Assembly: GCF_001194135.2 (NCBI RefSeq)
Contig: NC_068998.1
Coordinates: 31,810,781-31,854,559 of the forward strand
DNA: 43,779 nucleotides
Direction: 5' to 3'
DNA from: Octopus bimaculoides
Taxonomy: Eukaryota
Position 1 is the first letter of the stretch. Each line of letters begins with the position of its first letter. Below the pieces are notes generated by a model. That model saw only the letters and a program-made list of their open reading frames with translations, ran no database searches and had not been told where the DNA came from. Shown piece by piece: positions 8,947 through 20,809 of this stretch. The position numbers and the translations under genes were made by a program.

Positions 8947-11900
8947 TCATCATCATCATCATTTAATGTCTGCTTTCTATACTGGCATCAGTTGGACGAC
9001 TGGTGAGCGAGATGGCTGTACAAAGCTCCAATCTGATCTGACAGAGTTTCTATAGCTGGATGCCCTTCCTAACGCCAAACACTCCAAGAGTGTAGAGGGT
9101 GCTTTTACATGCCACCTACATGAGGGCCAGTCAGGTGGTACTGGCAATGGCCACGCTCAAATGGTGTTTTTTACGGGCCACTTGCACAGGAGCCAGTCCA
9201 GCGGCACTGACAATGACCTTGCTCAAATGTTGTTTTTCATGTGCCACCGATACAAGTGCCAGTAAGGTGATGCTGGTAACGATCACGCTGGAATGGTGGT
9301 TTTTACATGCCACTGGCATTGGAGTCAGTCAGTGGCCCTGGCAGCAACCATGCACGGATGGTGTTCTTAGCCTTCCACTAGTACGGATGCCAGTCATGCA
9401 GTACTGTCATCAGCCACATCAGCCAATTTGATTTTGATTTCACTTGCCTTAACAGGTTTTCACGAACAGAGTTTAGTGTCCAATGAAAGAAAGGTATGCA
9501 TAAGTGGGCTGGTTATACCACTGGCATATGCCATAGGTTATGGTCTCACTTGGCTTTCTGGGTCTTCTCAAGCACAGCCATATTTCCAAAGGTCTCGGTC
9601 ACTAGTCATTGCCTTGATGAGACCTAATGTTTGAAGGTCATGCTTCACCACCTCATCCCAGGTCTTCCTGGGCCTACCTCTTCTACAGGTTCCCTCAACT
9701 GCTAGGCTGTGACATTTTTTCACACAGCTATCCTCATCCATTCTCACCATATGACCATACCAGCGCAGTTGTCTCTCTTGCACACCACATCTGATGCTTC
9801 TTAGGTCCAACTTTTCTCTGAAGGCACTTACACTCTGTCGAGTATGCACACTGACATTACACATCCAGTGGAGAATGCTGGCTTCATTCCTTGCAAGCTT
9901 ACGCATGTCCTCAGCACTCACGGCCCATGTTTTACTGTCATGTAGTATGGCTGTTCATACACATGCATCATGCAGTCTACCTTTTACACTGAGCGAGAGG
10001 CCCTTTGTCACCAGCAGAAGTAGGAGCTCTCTGAACTTTGCCCAGGCTATTCTTATTCTAGCAGCTACACTTTCAGAGCACCCACCCCAGCTACTGACTT
10101 GGTCACCTAGGTAATGGAAGCGGTCAACTACTTGTAGTTTTTCTCCCTGGAAAATGGCAGAAGTTGTTATCTGCATATTTTCAGTGTTTATTGCTCCTGA
10201 GCATCTGCCACATACAAAAACTATCTTCCCAGTTAGCCTTCCTTTGATATTGCTGTACCTCTTATGTGTCCATAGCTTACACTGGGTACATCTTATAGAG
10301 TTTCTACCTACACCTTTTCTACAAGGGATTTGTGGTTTGTCTGCCTTCCTACTTATTAAGACTTTGGTTTTAGCTAGGTTAGATTCTAATCCTTCCTTCC
10401 ACACCTGAAACTTCTCCTCTATTTCTGATAGTGACTCAGCAATTATAGCAAGGTCATCAGCATAGAGGATCTCCCAGGGGCATCTTGTCTTGAATTCCTG
10501 TGTTATTGCCTGGAGGATTATAATAAATAGGGTAAGGGCTGAGGACAGAACCTTGGTGGACCCCTACCTGTACCCGGAATTCTTTACTGTACTCATTGCC
10601 AACCCTCACCTTACTGACAGCGTCTCTGTACATGGCTTGCACAGCTCTCACTGACCACTCATCTATCCCTAGTTTCCTCATTGACCACCAGATAAGGTAT
10701 CAGGGGACCCTGTCGAAGGATTTCTCCATGTCAATGAAAGCCAGGTACAGGAGCTTATCTTTGGCTAGGTATTTCTCCTGCAGCTGTCTTACCAGAAATA
10801 TAGCATCAGTGGTGTTTTTTCCCTGGCATAAACCCAAACTGCATCTTGTCTAGACTGACCCTCTCCATGACTTTCATTACCTGATCCAACAACTTGATAC
10901 CTCTATAATTATTTGTATCCAATGCATCCCCTTTACCTTTGTAGCAGTTGACTATGATGCTGCTACACCAGTCATTGGGTATGACTCCTTCATGTATCAC
11001 CTGGTTGACAATAAGAATGACTAGGCCATAGCCGACACTGCCAGATATTTTGAGCATCTCTGCGGTGATTCCTGATGGGACGGGGGCTTTCCCTGTCTTC
11101 ATACTCTTGATCACTTTATCTATCAAGGTACTGTCAATTAGGATAGCTGGTCCCTCTGTTGGGTCAACATGCGGCAGACTCTCTTTCTCCCATTCATTCT
11201 CTTTATTAAGCAGCCTTTCATAGTGGTGTCTCCAAATCTCTCTCTTTGCAGCCTCGTTTAGTGCAAGTGAGCCATCATCCAAGTGGGCACATTTCTCTCC
11301 TACGACATCACAATTCTCTCTCACACACTGTCTTGCAACACGAAATACCTCAAGTCTTTGGTCCTCACGGTGCAGAACATTGGCAAACTTTTTCTTATCT
11401 GCTTCCCCTCTAGCTAAATAAACCTGTCACCTAGCTTCCCTTCTGGCAGTCTGATACAGTTCTCTGCTACCACCGTTCTTCCAGTCTTTCCAACCCTGTT
11501 TCTTTTGTCTAATAGCCCTGTCAACAACATTGTTCCATCACCACGTTATCTTTGGTCGAGAGGGGACTTTGCACCATCCACAGATCTGGTTTGTGGCCCT
11601 CAGTGGGTTGTTCCATAGAAACCTCTAGTTGTCTTCCACATCATGTGATGTTATATCCACCTCTATTTCATCAAAAGCTTTGAGTAATACGTCTCTGAAT
11701 CTTTGTCCATTCGCGGGTTCTTTAAGCTTTCAGACCCTTCTCCTCCATGCTGGTCATCTTCTGGGCATCCATTTAGCCCTGACCCTGTAGTCGCTAACAA
11801 CTAGTTTATGTTGTGGGGTACATTCTTCACCTGGGAAGGTTTTGGCATTTATAAGTAGCCATCTTTCCCTTTTCCTGGTAAGGATGTAGTCAATTTGACT

Positions 11901-12358
11901 AGTGTGACTACCAGATTGGTAGGTGACTAGGTGGCTGGCAGGTTTCCTGAAGTTAATATAGCAAACCATAAGGTCATTTGCATTGCAGAACTCCAGCAGC
12001 CTGGTTTCCTCCTCAATGCAGGAACCAAAACCGTAGCCAACATGTATGCCATGGAAGCCTCCTGCACATTGTCCAACTTGTCCATTGAAGTCACCAGCCA
12101 CAAAGAGAAGGTCCCTGTCATTTGTCGACATGGTAGTCAGCAAGAGGTTGTCATAAAATCGTGTTTCTGTCCATCGAGTAGTCCTGGCTGAGGGGCATAG
12201 GCTGAGATAATGGTTGCTAACCCACAATGTAGCACTAATCTAATCTTAAGTATTCTATCGCAGACTTTGACTACCTCAATTACCTTATCAACCCATTTCT
12301 CCACAAGAAGTGTACCCACGCCTCTGACCCCATCAGTGTTCCCTGCCCAGAAGATCTT
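8947..12358 (-). mobile_element. RTE-clade LINE, 5'-truncated, about 3.4 kb, disrupted ORF2 (APE endonuclease + RT), about 620-bp 3' UTR, (GAT)n tail
   Basis: APE motifs (ISAYAPQPG, VAGDFNG, SQIDYIL, QHKLVV) and RT motifs (NYRGIKLL, QFGFMPG, GVHQGSVLSP, YADD-equivalent near 10450). C-terminal QLRWYGHMVRM..GRPRKTW. The tail is catcatcat on the + strand. Confidence 0.95.
9099..9425. repeat. Five degenerate 65-66-bp tandem units in the RTE 3' UTR
   Basis: Units start at 9099, 9164, 9230, 9296 and 9361. Each follows the pattern gtg(c/t)tttt(t)ac..gccac ... gccagt ... g.actggcaa ... atg. Confidence 0.85.
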
Positions 12359-12435
12359 GTTAAAGAATAGAAAAGTATACTTATATGTATGTATACATAT
12401 GTGCGTGTGTGTATTCATTGTTTGCAATGGAAACA

Positions 12436-12632
12436 ATATTAGTTTAGAATAGCAATCTATATATCTTACTTAACATGGATGTACTGTGAAAAAGCCATAA
12501 AACAGTGGTATTCATCTTGAGACAGCATCTTGTTAGACATTTAGTGTTATAGAAGATGCTTTCTCAAGATGAATACTACAGTACTGTGGCTTTCTTAACT
12601 AAGATATACAGATTGTTATTCTGAACTAATAC
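12436..12632. repeat. ~195-bp foldback/MITE-like palindrome
   Basis: attagtttagaatagcaatctatatatctta pairs with taagatatacagattgttattctgaactaat; gtattcatcttgagacagcatctt pairs with aagatgctttctcaagatgaatac. A partial extra copy lies at about 12880-12930. Confidence 0.85.
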
Positions 12633-12956
12633 TACTTTCATCATAAATAACAAATTTTTACACAACCCACCAGCTATCTGCAATGCCAATGATTTGTTAA
12701 TCAGTTTTACTGTATAAATACGGATGAAATTTGTCTAAGCATGTGGTGATAGTGGAAACTTGCTACTGATGATGTGAAAATATACAGAAATTCTGGATCT
12801 AGTAATTCCACCACTGCTGCTGGACGCTTTTTGTCTGCTCGTGATACTTCTGTGCTTTTTGGCACTCTATGTCTATATGAGATACTTTCTTAAGATGAAT
12901 ACCTCAATATTGCGGTTTTCTTACAGTATAGTCACGTTAAGCAACATATACGCATG

Positions 12957-12973
12957 CACACATACACACACAT

Positions 12974-13066
<93 letters not shown>
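12957..13066. repeat. (CA)n microsatellite
   Basis: Directly visible. Confidence 0.95.
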
Positions 13067-13068
<2 letters not shown>

Positions 13069-14921
13069 GTACTGTTCCATTATTATTGATATCAGCAAAA
13101 AAAGTACTCCATCCAAAGAGAAAATAAATATCAGTTAAGAACACAGGATCTAAAAGTGAATTACTATAAGTTTCCTGCTCTGAAAGTACAGAAGTCAGAT
13201 GAGTGTGTATAGCATGTTATGTATTATCTTACAAGACAGAATGAAGCCAAACGAGAGAAAAAAAAAGTAAAGATAGATACGAGTTAGATCACTTTGGGCC
13301 ATTAAAATGGGAATTATCAATGGTTGGTGTAGTCAATTTGATGGGGAAAGGTTAAAGTTTGTGAGACCGTCAGCCTGATGTGTTCTGCTGTTCAATAATA
13401 GAAACATGTTGAGACACTTGCATTTTGGAAGATTTTCGGATATAGAATTCCGTAGGTTGGTGAAGTTCTTAGGTTAAAAAGGATATGAGTTCTTCCTGCA
13501 ACACAAAGCCAGTACCACATTGGACCCGTTAGCATGTGGCATGGATCACTCAGTGATACTCCACTTGGTGTGTGGAATACTTTCGACCTTCAGATTCCAA
13601 ATGTGGCTATCTGGCTTAGTGGTTTACATACGTAGCTTGTTTACATACTGGTAAGAAGACTGTATGTTGGTTTATCTCTTTTTATTTTCACTTTCACATA
13701 GACCAAAATACTTTTCCTTAAAATTGTGTTGTTTGATATTTGGTGGAACTGAGGTGACCAAAGTTCACATGCCAATGAGTGGGCACGTATTTGGGTCTCT
13801 GTAGTTACATTTCAAAGTAAGGCACCTGGTGTGACTTGCATGTAATAAAAAAAAAATAGATGAGGAAGTAAGAGAGGAGAAAATGGGTGGAAGGGGAATG
13901 ATGGTAGAGTGGTAGTGATAAAGTGAATAGAAAACAAGATAATAAAAAAACAAAATAAAAGACAAACAAATGAGAAGGCCAGTAGGCCAATGCAAGTTGT
14001 CTGACCTTCTGTGAGGAAGGTTATAAAGCCAAGTAATGAGAAACGTGGTGTAGGAAAGCAAATAAAGGAAATCCATCTTAGTGAGGGAAGGAAGGAATGG
14101 ATGAGAAAAAAGCCCCTACTGCATATAAATAAAATAGATAAATTGCTAATGACCTTGTCTAGTAAAAGTGTCTCAAATTGAGAGATAGAGATACGAGGAT
14201 GAGCTATTAAAGGTACATGGGAGAAAAAAATCAAATGGTTATTGGAGAATGGTAAATCTAAATGGATATATTGAGATAAATTAAAAATATGTGTCTGAAA
14301 GCAAAGTTTGAAGTTCTGTTCGAATAGAGGTAACTCGTAATTCTAATCAGGTTATGGAGTTAAATGTAAAAAATAAAATTAGGGAAACAGTTTGAAGTAA
14401 AGAGGAAAATCTAAAATCTAAAATCTAAAATAAAAACTTTGTTTGTATGGGTTAAACTGAGCAAATCTACCAGTGGTAAAAGGAAAATGTTTTGTGAAAC
14501 TTATGGCAGCACGTAATTCGTCATTCAATTTATTTAGAAGTCTCACTTAATATTTCAAAGAGTACAAATTCTATGCTACCCAACTTCCATGGTTGTTTTC
14601 CCCTTTAATGATAGACTAGAAGATATCATATGCTATGTGGCTTTGAGGTGGGGATTACAAATTACTGATGAAGAAGAGAATCTGCACTTAACAATAAAGC
14701 AAGAGCTGTTATGCACCAAGTAATGGCACTTAAAATTAACTGAAGACCCAATTTATATTTTGGTAGAATTGTAGTAAGTAGTAACTGTGCACTTATATAC
14801 AACTTTGTAGTACAAGTGAGCTGACCATTCAAAGGACAAAGTAGGTTATTTTACAGTTATGTTTCTTCTTAGGGCAGTACAGAACTTTTCTTGTCATTAT
14901 TGTTATGGATATTATTATTAT

Positions 14922-15050
14922 AAGGTGATGAGCTGAATTGCTTGCATACTAGGCAAAATTCTTAACAGCATTTTATCTGTCTTTACATTCTGAGTTCAAA
15001 TTCCACTGAGGTAGACTTTGCCTTTCATCCTTGAGCACTGGAATCAATTC
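14922..15050 (+). mobile_element. SINE family 2 ((ATT)n-associated), partial
   Basis: ttctgagttcaaattccactgaggtagactttgcctttcatcc is shared with the 17.5-18.7 kb copies; preceded by attattatta. Confidence 0.75.
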
Positions 15051-15054
15051 CTGT

Positions 15055-15200
15055 AACCAGTCTGCTTTTATATTATGTTGGACTTCTTTGCTCCAGATTT
15101 CTGCCTGGCATTTTCTTGCTGCTTCAACATCTGGTATATCCTTTCCCTGATGCTCCTCTTCATTGTTCAATTGTTTATAGAATTTTCTTTCATTGTTCTT
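15055..15200 (-). mobile_element. R4/Dong-like LINE fragment (pre-RT region)
   Basis: DIPDVEAARKCQAEIWSKEVQHNIKADWLQEL resembles the P..EE..FW..IW....HN..A.WL motif of this clade. Confidence 0.55.
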
Positions 15201-15424
15201 GAAGAATTTATTCTGCTAGTACAAATTTGTTCTCTGTTGGTATCTGTTTATTGTCATCATCATCATCCTCATTATTTGCATCAAGTGTCATCACTGTCCA
15301 ATGGATCATATTGGTTACTGATAGACCTATGGTTATTATTACTATTATTAATATAACTGTTACAATTATACTTAGAATCATTGTTACACAATTTTTCATA
15401 TCTATCTGCTTGAGTAGAGGTGTA

Positions 15425-16560
15425 TAGAAATACTTTGCACTGCCAAGTAATGCTGTTTTCTGAATGTCTTGAATTTTCAATTTTATTATTATTTCTAACC
15501 AATTATAATTTTTTTTCCTTCCACAATTATTGGAACAGTGTACACACTTTTCATTGATCGCAGTTTAATTATTTCTCTCCTCAAAGCTTCATATCACATC
15601 AGTTTTTCTCTTTTTTCAATGATTCTGCCATCATCAGGGATGTGATATCTATGATCAGATAAGACTTTTCTTCCTTGTCTACCTGTACAATATTGAGATT
15701 CCAATGTTTGATTCTCTAATCACATTGTATCATGAAGTCCTGAAGGATCTTAACTCTGTTGTTTTCTACCACATCCTTTGGCTCATATTCATACCATTTT
15801 CGCACTTTCCAATCCCAACTTATTGCATACTTCTCAGTGGACCATTTTGATGACATTGTCATGCCTTTGCTTGTATTCTTTCTGGGCCAATTTGCAGCAT
15901 TTACTTAAAATATGACATACTGTCACTCCAGTTTCACCACACATTCTGCATTTGTTTGATTCTGCTCAATTATGTGCATGATGTAATTAGTTCTTAATGA
16001 TTTTTCCAGTGCTGCACATATCAAGACCTCTGTTTCAGGTTGCTTTTTTGTAACCACTGCCGTCTTTTATCTAAGATTGTGTTCTTTGGTATCTCTCTCC
16101 TGAATTGACTGTACATCCTCTTATCATTCTAGTTGCTTTTTCTCTCAGTTTCTGTCTCTATTTTGTAATTCATCTTGTCCTGCTGTGTTCTGTATGTAAT
16201 AAGTCTGCCTCCCTTTGCACAAGTAATGCTTCCTTTGCATTCTTTATACACCAAGCAACATTGTTTTCCTCTGTCTAAATACATTTCTCATGACTTATCA
16301 ATCTTTGCTCTCCTTTCTTTCTCATAAAGTGTAGACTGTCAACATCACTTTTTGGGTGGAACACACTGTGTATTGTCAGTAGTTTTCTTATTTTCATATT
16401 CAAGAATTGTAATTCCTCTGTGTACCATTGTACACTCCTACTCCATATCCCAAAAGAGCAGTTACCCATCAATTTATTGCTTGGAATATATTCCTCCCGT
16501 TCAATTTAATCTTCAAAATCAATTTCAGCTTTCTTTTATACTGAGAGAATATCATCTTCC
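15425..16560 (-). mobile_element. R4/Dong-clade LINE 3' part (RT thumb, CCHC knuckle, RLE endonuclease), degenerate
   Basis: KIRKLLTIHSVFHPKSDVDSL; ETEVLICAA; KCRMCGETGVTVCHILSKC; KEYKQRHDNV; KWYEYEPKDVVENNRVKIL; LIIDI; IQKTALLGSAKYF. Confidence 0.85.
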
Positions 16561-16597
16561 ATTTGACTTCCCATCAATTCACACACTTCCCACCCAG

Positions 16598-16629
16598 ATT
16601 TCTTCTTCTTCTTCTTCTTCTTCTTCTTC

Positions 16630-16670
<41 letters not shown>

Positions 16671-16686
16671 CTTCTTCTTCTTCTTC
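16598..16686. repeat. Compound (CTT)n(GTT)n(CTT)n microsatellite
   Basis: Directly visible. Confidence 0.95.
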
Positions 16687-16689
16687 AGT

Positions 16690-16822
16690 CATTAGCACAC
16701 TGGATAAAATGCTTAGCGGCATTTTGCCCATTCAAATTCCACCAAGGTTGGCTCTGCCTTTAATCCTTTGAGAGTCAATGAAATAAGTACCAGTTGATCA
16801 CTGGGAACAATGAAATCAACTT
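16690..16822 (+). mobile_element. SINE family 2, partial
   Basis: ttagcacactggataaaatgcttagcggcatt ... aaataagtaccagttg. Confidence 0.7.
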
Positions 16823-16825
16823 TTA

Positions 16826-17238
16826 CTCTTTTATTCTATTACTTGTTTCAGTCATTTGACTGTGGTCATGTTGGAGCACCACCTTTAGTCGAGTAAATTG
16901 ATCCCAGGACTTATTCTTTGTAAGCCTTGTACTTATTCTATCGGTCTCTTTCACCAAACCGCTAAGTTACGGGGACGTAAACTCGAGTGATGTTGGCAGC
17001 TCAAACACAGACACACAAACACACAGACACACAAACACACACACACATATATATGTATATGCATATACATATATACGACAGGCTTCTTTCAGTTTCTGTC
17101 TACCAAATCCACTCACAAGACTTTGGTCTGCCCGAGGCTATAGTAGAAGACACTTGCCCAAAGAGCCGCACAGTGGGACTGAACTCGAATCCATGTGGTT
17201 CGTAAGCAAGCTACTTACCATACAGCCACTCTTGCACC
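16826..17238 (-). mobile_element. tRNA-derived SINE family 1, near full length
   Basis: Reverse complement of 5150-5575. Confidence 0.9.
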
Positions 17239-17719
17239 ATAATTTTTATTTTTAAGGCACCATCTGGTAGAATCATTAAGCTCAATGGACAAAATACTTT
17301 GTGGTATTTTGCCCATCTTTACATTCTGACTTCGAATTCCACCAAGATCGTCTTTGCCTTTTCTCCTTTTGAAGTCAATAAAATAAGTACCAGTTGATCA
17401 CTGGAACATATTCAGGCATCATACAATCTGCCTTTTACCCTGAAGGAGAGGCCTTTAGTTACTAACAAAAGTAGAAACTCTCTGAACTTTGCTTACCTCA
17501 GAAATTGCTAGTCTTGTGCCAAAATTTGAAACCATTATTATTATTATTTAGGTGGTGAACTGGCAGAATTGTTAGCATGTTCTGTGTTAAAATTCTGCCA
17601 AAGTCAATTTTAACTTTCATCCTTTCAGGGTTGATAAATTAATACCAGTGAAGCACTGGTGTTGATGTAATTGACTTAACCTCCTACAAAACTGAGGCCT
17701 TGTGCCTATGTTAGAAAGA

Positions 17720-17760
<41 letters not shown>

Positions 17761-17764
<4 letters not shown>

Positions 17765-17840
17765 GAGTGAGAGAGCAGCGCATGCTATCATCATCATTAT
17801 TATTGAGTGAGAGAGCAGCGCATGCTATCATCATCATTAT
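17761..17840. repeat. Perfect 40-bp tandem duplication
   Basis: tattgagtgagagagcagcgcatgctatcatcatcattat x2 (17761-17800, 17801-17840). Confidence 0.95.
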
Positions 17841-17861
17841 CATCATCATTATTACTATTAA

Positions 17862-17904
<43 letters not shown>

Positions 17905-17907
<3 letters not shown>

Positions 17908-17986
17908 TTATGTTTGACTTTTGTTTTGCATTTGTACAAGTTGGATCCAAGTCTCACCCAGAGACCTCAAGAGACAACAAGTTAGA

Positions 17987-17987
<1 letters not shown>
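17905..17987 (-). mobile_element. Unique ~80-bp insert between ATT tracts; possible 3' stub of a TAA-tailed (Dong-like) retroposon
   Basis: The minus strand reads ...gaggtctctgggtgagacttgg...caaaagtcaaacata directly followed by (AAT)n. Family assignment is inference. Confidence 0.35.
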
Positions 17988-18084
<97 letters not shown>

Positions 18085-18415
18085 AGCGGCGAGCTGGGAG
18101 AACCGTTAGCACACCAGACAAAATGCTTAGCGGTATTTTGTCTGTCATTATGTTCTGAGCTCAAATTCTGCCGAGGTCGACTTTGCCTTTCATCTTTTTG
18201 GGGTTGATAAAATAAGTATCAGTTGAGCACTGGGGTTGATGTAATTGACTATTCCCATTCCCTCAAATTTCAGGCCTTGTGTCTATAGTAGAAAAGATTA
18301 TTATTATCATCATCATCATCATCATTATTATTATTAGTATAATAAGGTGGCAATGTAATTGACCATCCCCCTCCCCAAATTTCAGGCCTTGTGTCTATAT
18401 TAGAAAGGAGTATTA

Positions 18416-18483
<68 letters not shown>

Positions 18484-18749
18484 GAACCCAAATTAGAAAT
18501 AGAAACAATTTCTATTATTAATAGAAGCTGACAGAATTGTTAGCACAGCAGACAAAATGCTTAGTAGCATTTCTTCTGGATTTATGTTCTGAGTTCAAAT
18601 TCTGCCAACGTTGACTTTGCCTTTCATCTTTTGGGGATCAATAAGCCCCAGTCTAGTACTGGGGTCAGCATAATTAACTTTCCCCCCACTAAATAACAAA
18701 CTACTGGCTATGTGCCAACATAAGAAAGAATTACTGTGATGTTTGACAA

Positions 18750-18900
18750 TAAGCTACTCAAATACTGTGGTAAAGGAAGACCTGTCCTAACGTATAAGGA
18801 AAAGTTGAAGCAATCACTAAAGTTTCTACAGCTTAATTTTATATCTTGAGAAAGTAATTGCCTAGATTGATCTGCATGATGTAAAATGTGTCATGATGTG
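18750..18900 (+). mobile_element. 3' ORF2 fragment of a second RTE (BovB-type) family
   Basis: Translates to GKGRPVLTYKEKLKQSLKFLQLNFISWESNCLD*SAW, matching the GRPxLRYKDxLK ... WExxAxDRSAW pattern. Confidence 0.55.
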
Positions 18901-18909
18901 TCAAAACAA

Positions 18910-19345
18910 ATTGAGCTGGATGCCCTTCCTAACACCAACCACTTTACAGAGTATGCTGGGTGCTTTTTACATGCTACCAGCACAAGTGCATATGTGCAGC
19001 ATCAGCATGAGTACATTTTATGTGGTACTGGCACCTGTTGAGCACAAGCCTGTGTGTATGGATGACAGTGATTTTACTTAGCTTGGAGCATCTTCTCAAG
19101 TACAGCAAATTGCCATAACTCCTGGTCCCTTGTCATTTCCTCAGCAAGGTTCAGCATCCAATGGTCCTTTCTCACCACTATGTCCTATGCCTTCCTGAGT
19201 CTACTTCTTCCACAGGTTCCTTCCACAATCAGAGCTTGGTGCTTCTTTATGCAGTTGTCCTCATCTATACACATCACATGGCCAAACCACACAACATCTG
19301 ATGCCTCTTATTTGCCACACACAAGGACTATTTTCTCTGTTAACC
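18910..19345 (-). mobile_element. RTE LINE 3' fragment (older copy)
   Basis: gctggatgcccttcctaac and the downstream sequence are colinear with about 9055-9800. Confidence 0.8.
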
Positions 19346-19368
19346 TTCCTGTGATGCCACTACACCTC

Positions 19369-19404
<36 letters not shown>

Positions 19405-19558
19405 TTTTATCTTCTATCTGTTTCTATCATTCAACTGCAGTCATATTGGGGTACTGCAGTGATGGGTTTAGTTGAACAAACCGCTAAGTTACAGAGACAT
19501 AAGCAAACCAACACTGGTTGTCAAGCAGTGGTGGGGGTTAAACTCAAACATGCACATG

Positions 19559-19592
<34 letters not shown>

Positions 19593-19755
19593 GACATATA
19601 TATATTTAGCTTCTGTCTACCAAATCTCATCACAATGCTTTGGTCAGCTCAAAGCTACAGTAGAAGACACTTGTCCAAGATGCTACACAGTGGAACTGAA
19701 CCCAAAACCATATGGTTGGGAAACAAACTTCTTACCACACATCCATGCCTGCATT
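19405..19755 (-). mobile_element. tRNA-derived SINE family 1
   Basis: ccgctaagttac and tagaagacacttgtcc ... gtggaactgaaccc motifs. Confidence 0.8.
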
Positions 19756-19761
19756 TAATAA

Positions 19762-20753
19762 TCGTACTGTAATGGGTGTTATGGCTGTCTGTCGGTATGT
19801 GCCTTCTTCACGGTCAAACGGCTGGACCAATGGTCATGATGTTTTTTTGGATTATGAGGGAGGTAATCAGGAAGGTTTTTAGTGAAAAAAAATGTGAAAA
19901 AGTATAATTATTTAGTGGATACATAGGGTAATCGTTCAGTTTAGGAGCATAAAAGTAAATAAAAATCAAGGGGAGATAACTGATAAAAGAGGCAAAGGGA
20001 AGTAAGTCAACTTACTATAATGGGTGTTATGTCCGTCTGTCTGTCTGTCTGTCTGCCTGTCTGTTCCCTTTACATGATCAAATGGCTGGACCAGTGATCA
20101 CAGTGTTTTTCAGGATTACGAAGAAGGTAATTAGGAAAAAATGTGATTAAGTATGATTATTTAATGGATATTGAGTTTTGTATAAACAAATCACCTTTGA
20201 TTTCTTTTTGTTAAAAGTTCAGCAATGAGGATTAACTCTGGATTTCCCCACCATATAGTTCATGAATTTAGAGAGTTTAGATTTGCGATACTATCCTTCT
20301 ATTTCCCATTGTAGATGGGCAGATTCCTAAAGATTCTGTTCACGCATTCACAGCTAACAAGGCATAAGGCTAAACTTTAGATTGTGTAGGTGTACTTTTA
20401 CCTTCTCCGATACTTACACACGGTTAGTTACACGTCACTATGAGTAGAGCAATGAACTCTGGTAATTTGAAAATTAGAGTCAACCAAACAAAATATTATC
20501 TACAAAGAAGTTTTGTAATCATATTGATATTATTGAAAGGAAGTTTGGGATTGAATCATCATCACATGTCACTTTGTCACAAACACATGTCATATAACTG
20601 CATTAGAATGCTGTATCACCAACAATATGATTTCTCTAAGACATCACCCAGTATCAAGTCCATCAAGTCCATTTACACGTTTCTCAATGCATATTGCTGT
20701 TATGACTTCCCTCCCTCATTTTATGCCTCCATTGTAGATGGGTAGATTTTCTA

Positions 20754-20754
<1 letters not shown>
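19762..20754 (+). mobile_element. Composite non-autonomous Helitron
   Basis: A|TC start at 19762 and a duplicated ~150-bp 5' segment (19762-19920, about 20010-20170). Hairpin-plus-CTRR termini at 20305-20330 and 20727-20754 (ccattgtagatggg ... CTAG|T). An internal helicase fragment lies between them. Confidence 0.75.
20341..20518 (+). pseudogene. Helitron RepHel PIF1-type helicase C-terminal fragment
   Basis: In frame: HAFTANKA*G*TLDCVGVLLPSPILTHG*LHVTMSRAMNSGNLKI, then a frameshift to NIIYKEVL*. This matches the AxTINKxQGQTL...HGQLYVALSR...NIVYKEV pattern. Confidence 0.85.
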
Positions 20755-20806
<52 letters not shown>

Positions 20807-20809
20807 GAT

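Larger units (their letters stand above)
17253..18735 (+). mobile_element. Head-to-tail cluster of SINE family 2 copies separated by (ATT)n/(ATC)n tracts
   Basis: Full or partial copies at about 17253-17405, 17490-17550, 17550-17720, 18083-18300, 18345-18415 and 18520-18735. Shared motifs include ctgagttcaaattc, taagtaccagtt and ggccttgtg(c/t)ct. Confidence 0.85.

Noticed and set aside
9099-9431. CRISPR-like periodicity, and a 110-aa ORF with 22-aa repeats
   Set aside because: The units are contiguous and diverged with no spacers or cas genes, in a eukaryotic context. The ORF is antisense to a LINE 3' UTR.
13280-14240. Possible very old Penelope RT remnant (also about 2800-3200, 22040-22580, 24050-24700, 30500-31150)
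   Set aside because: Only scattered 3-5 residue resemblances (e.g. YPKIF, KVINLSS). Not supportable without an HMM search.
14538-14730. ~63-codon plus-strand open frame with AG/GT ends (EVSLNISK...QELLCTK)
   Set aside because: The length is within chance expectation here, it has no recognisable motif, and it is opposite to the better-supported exons.
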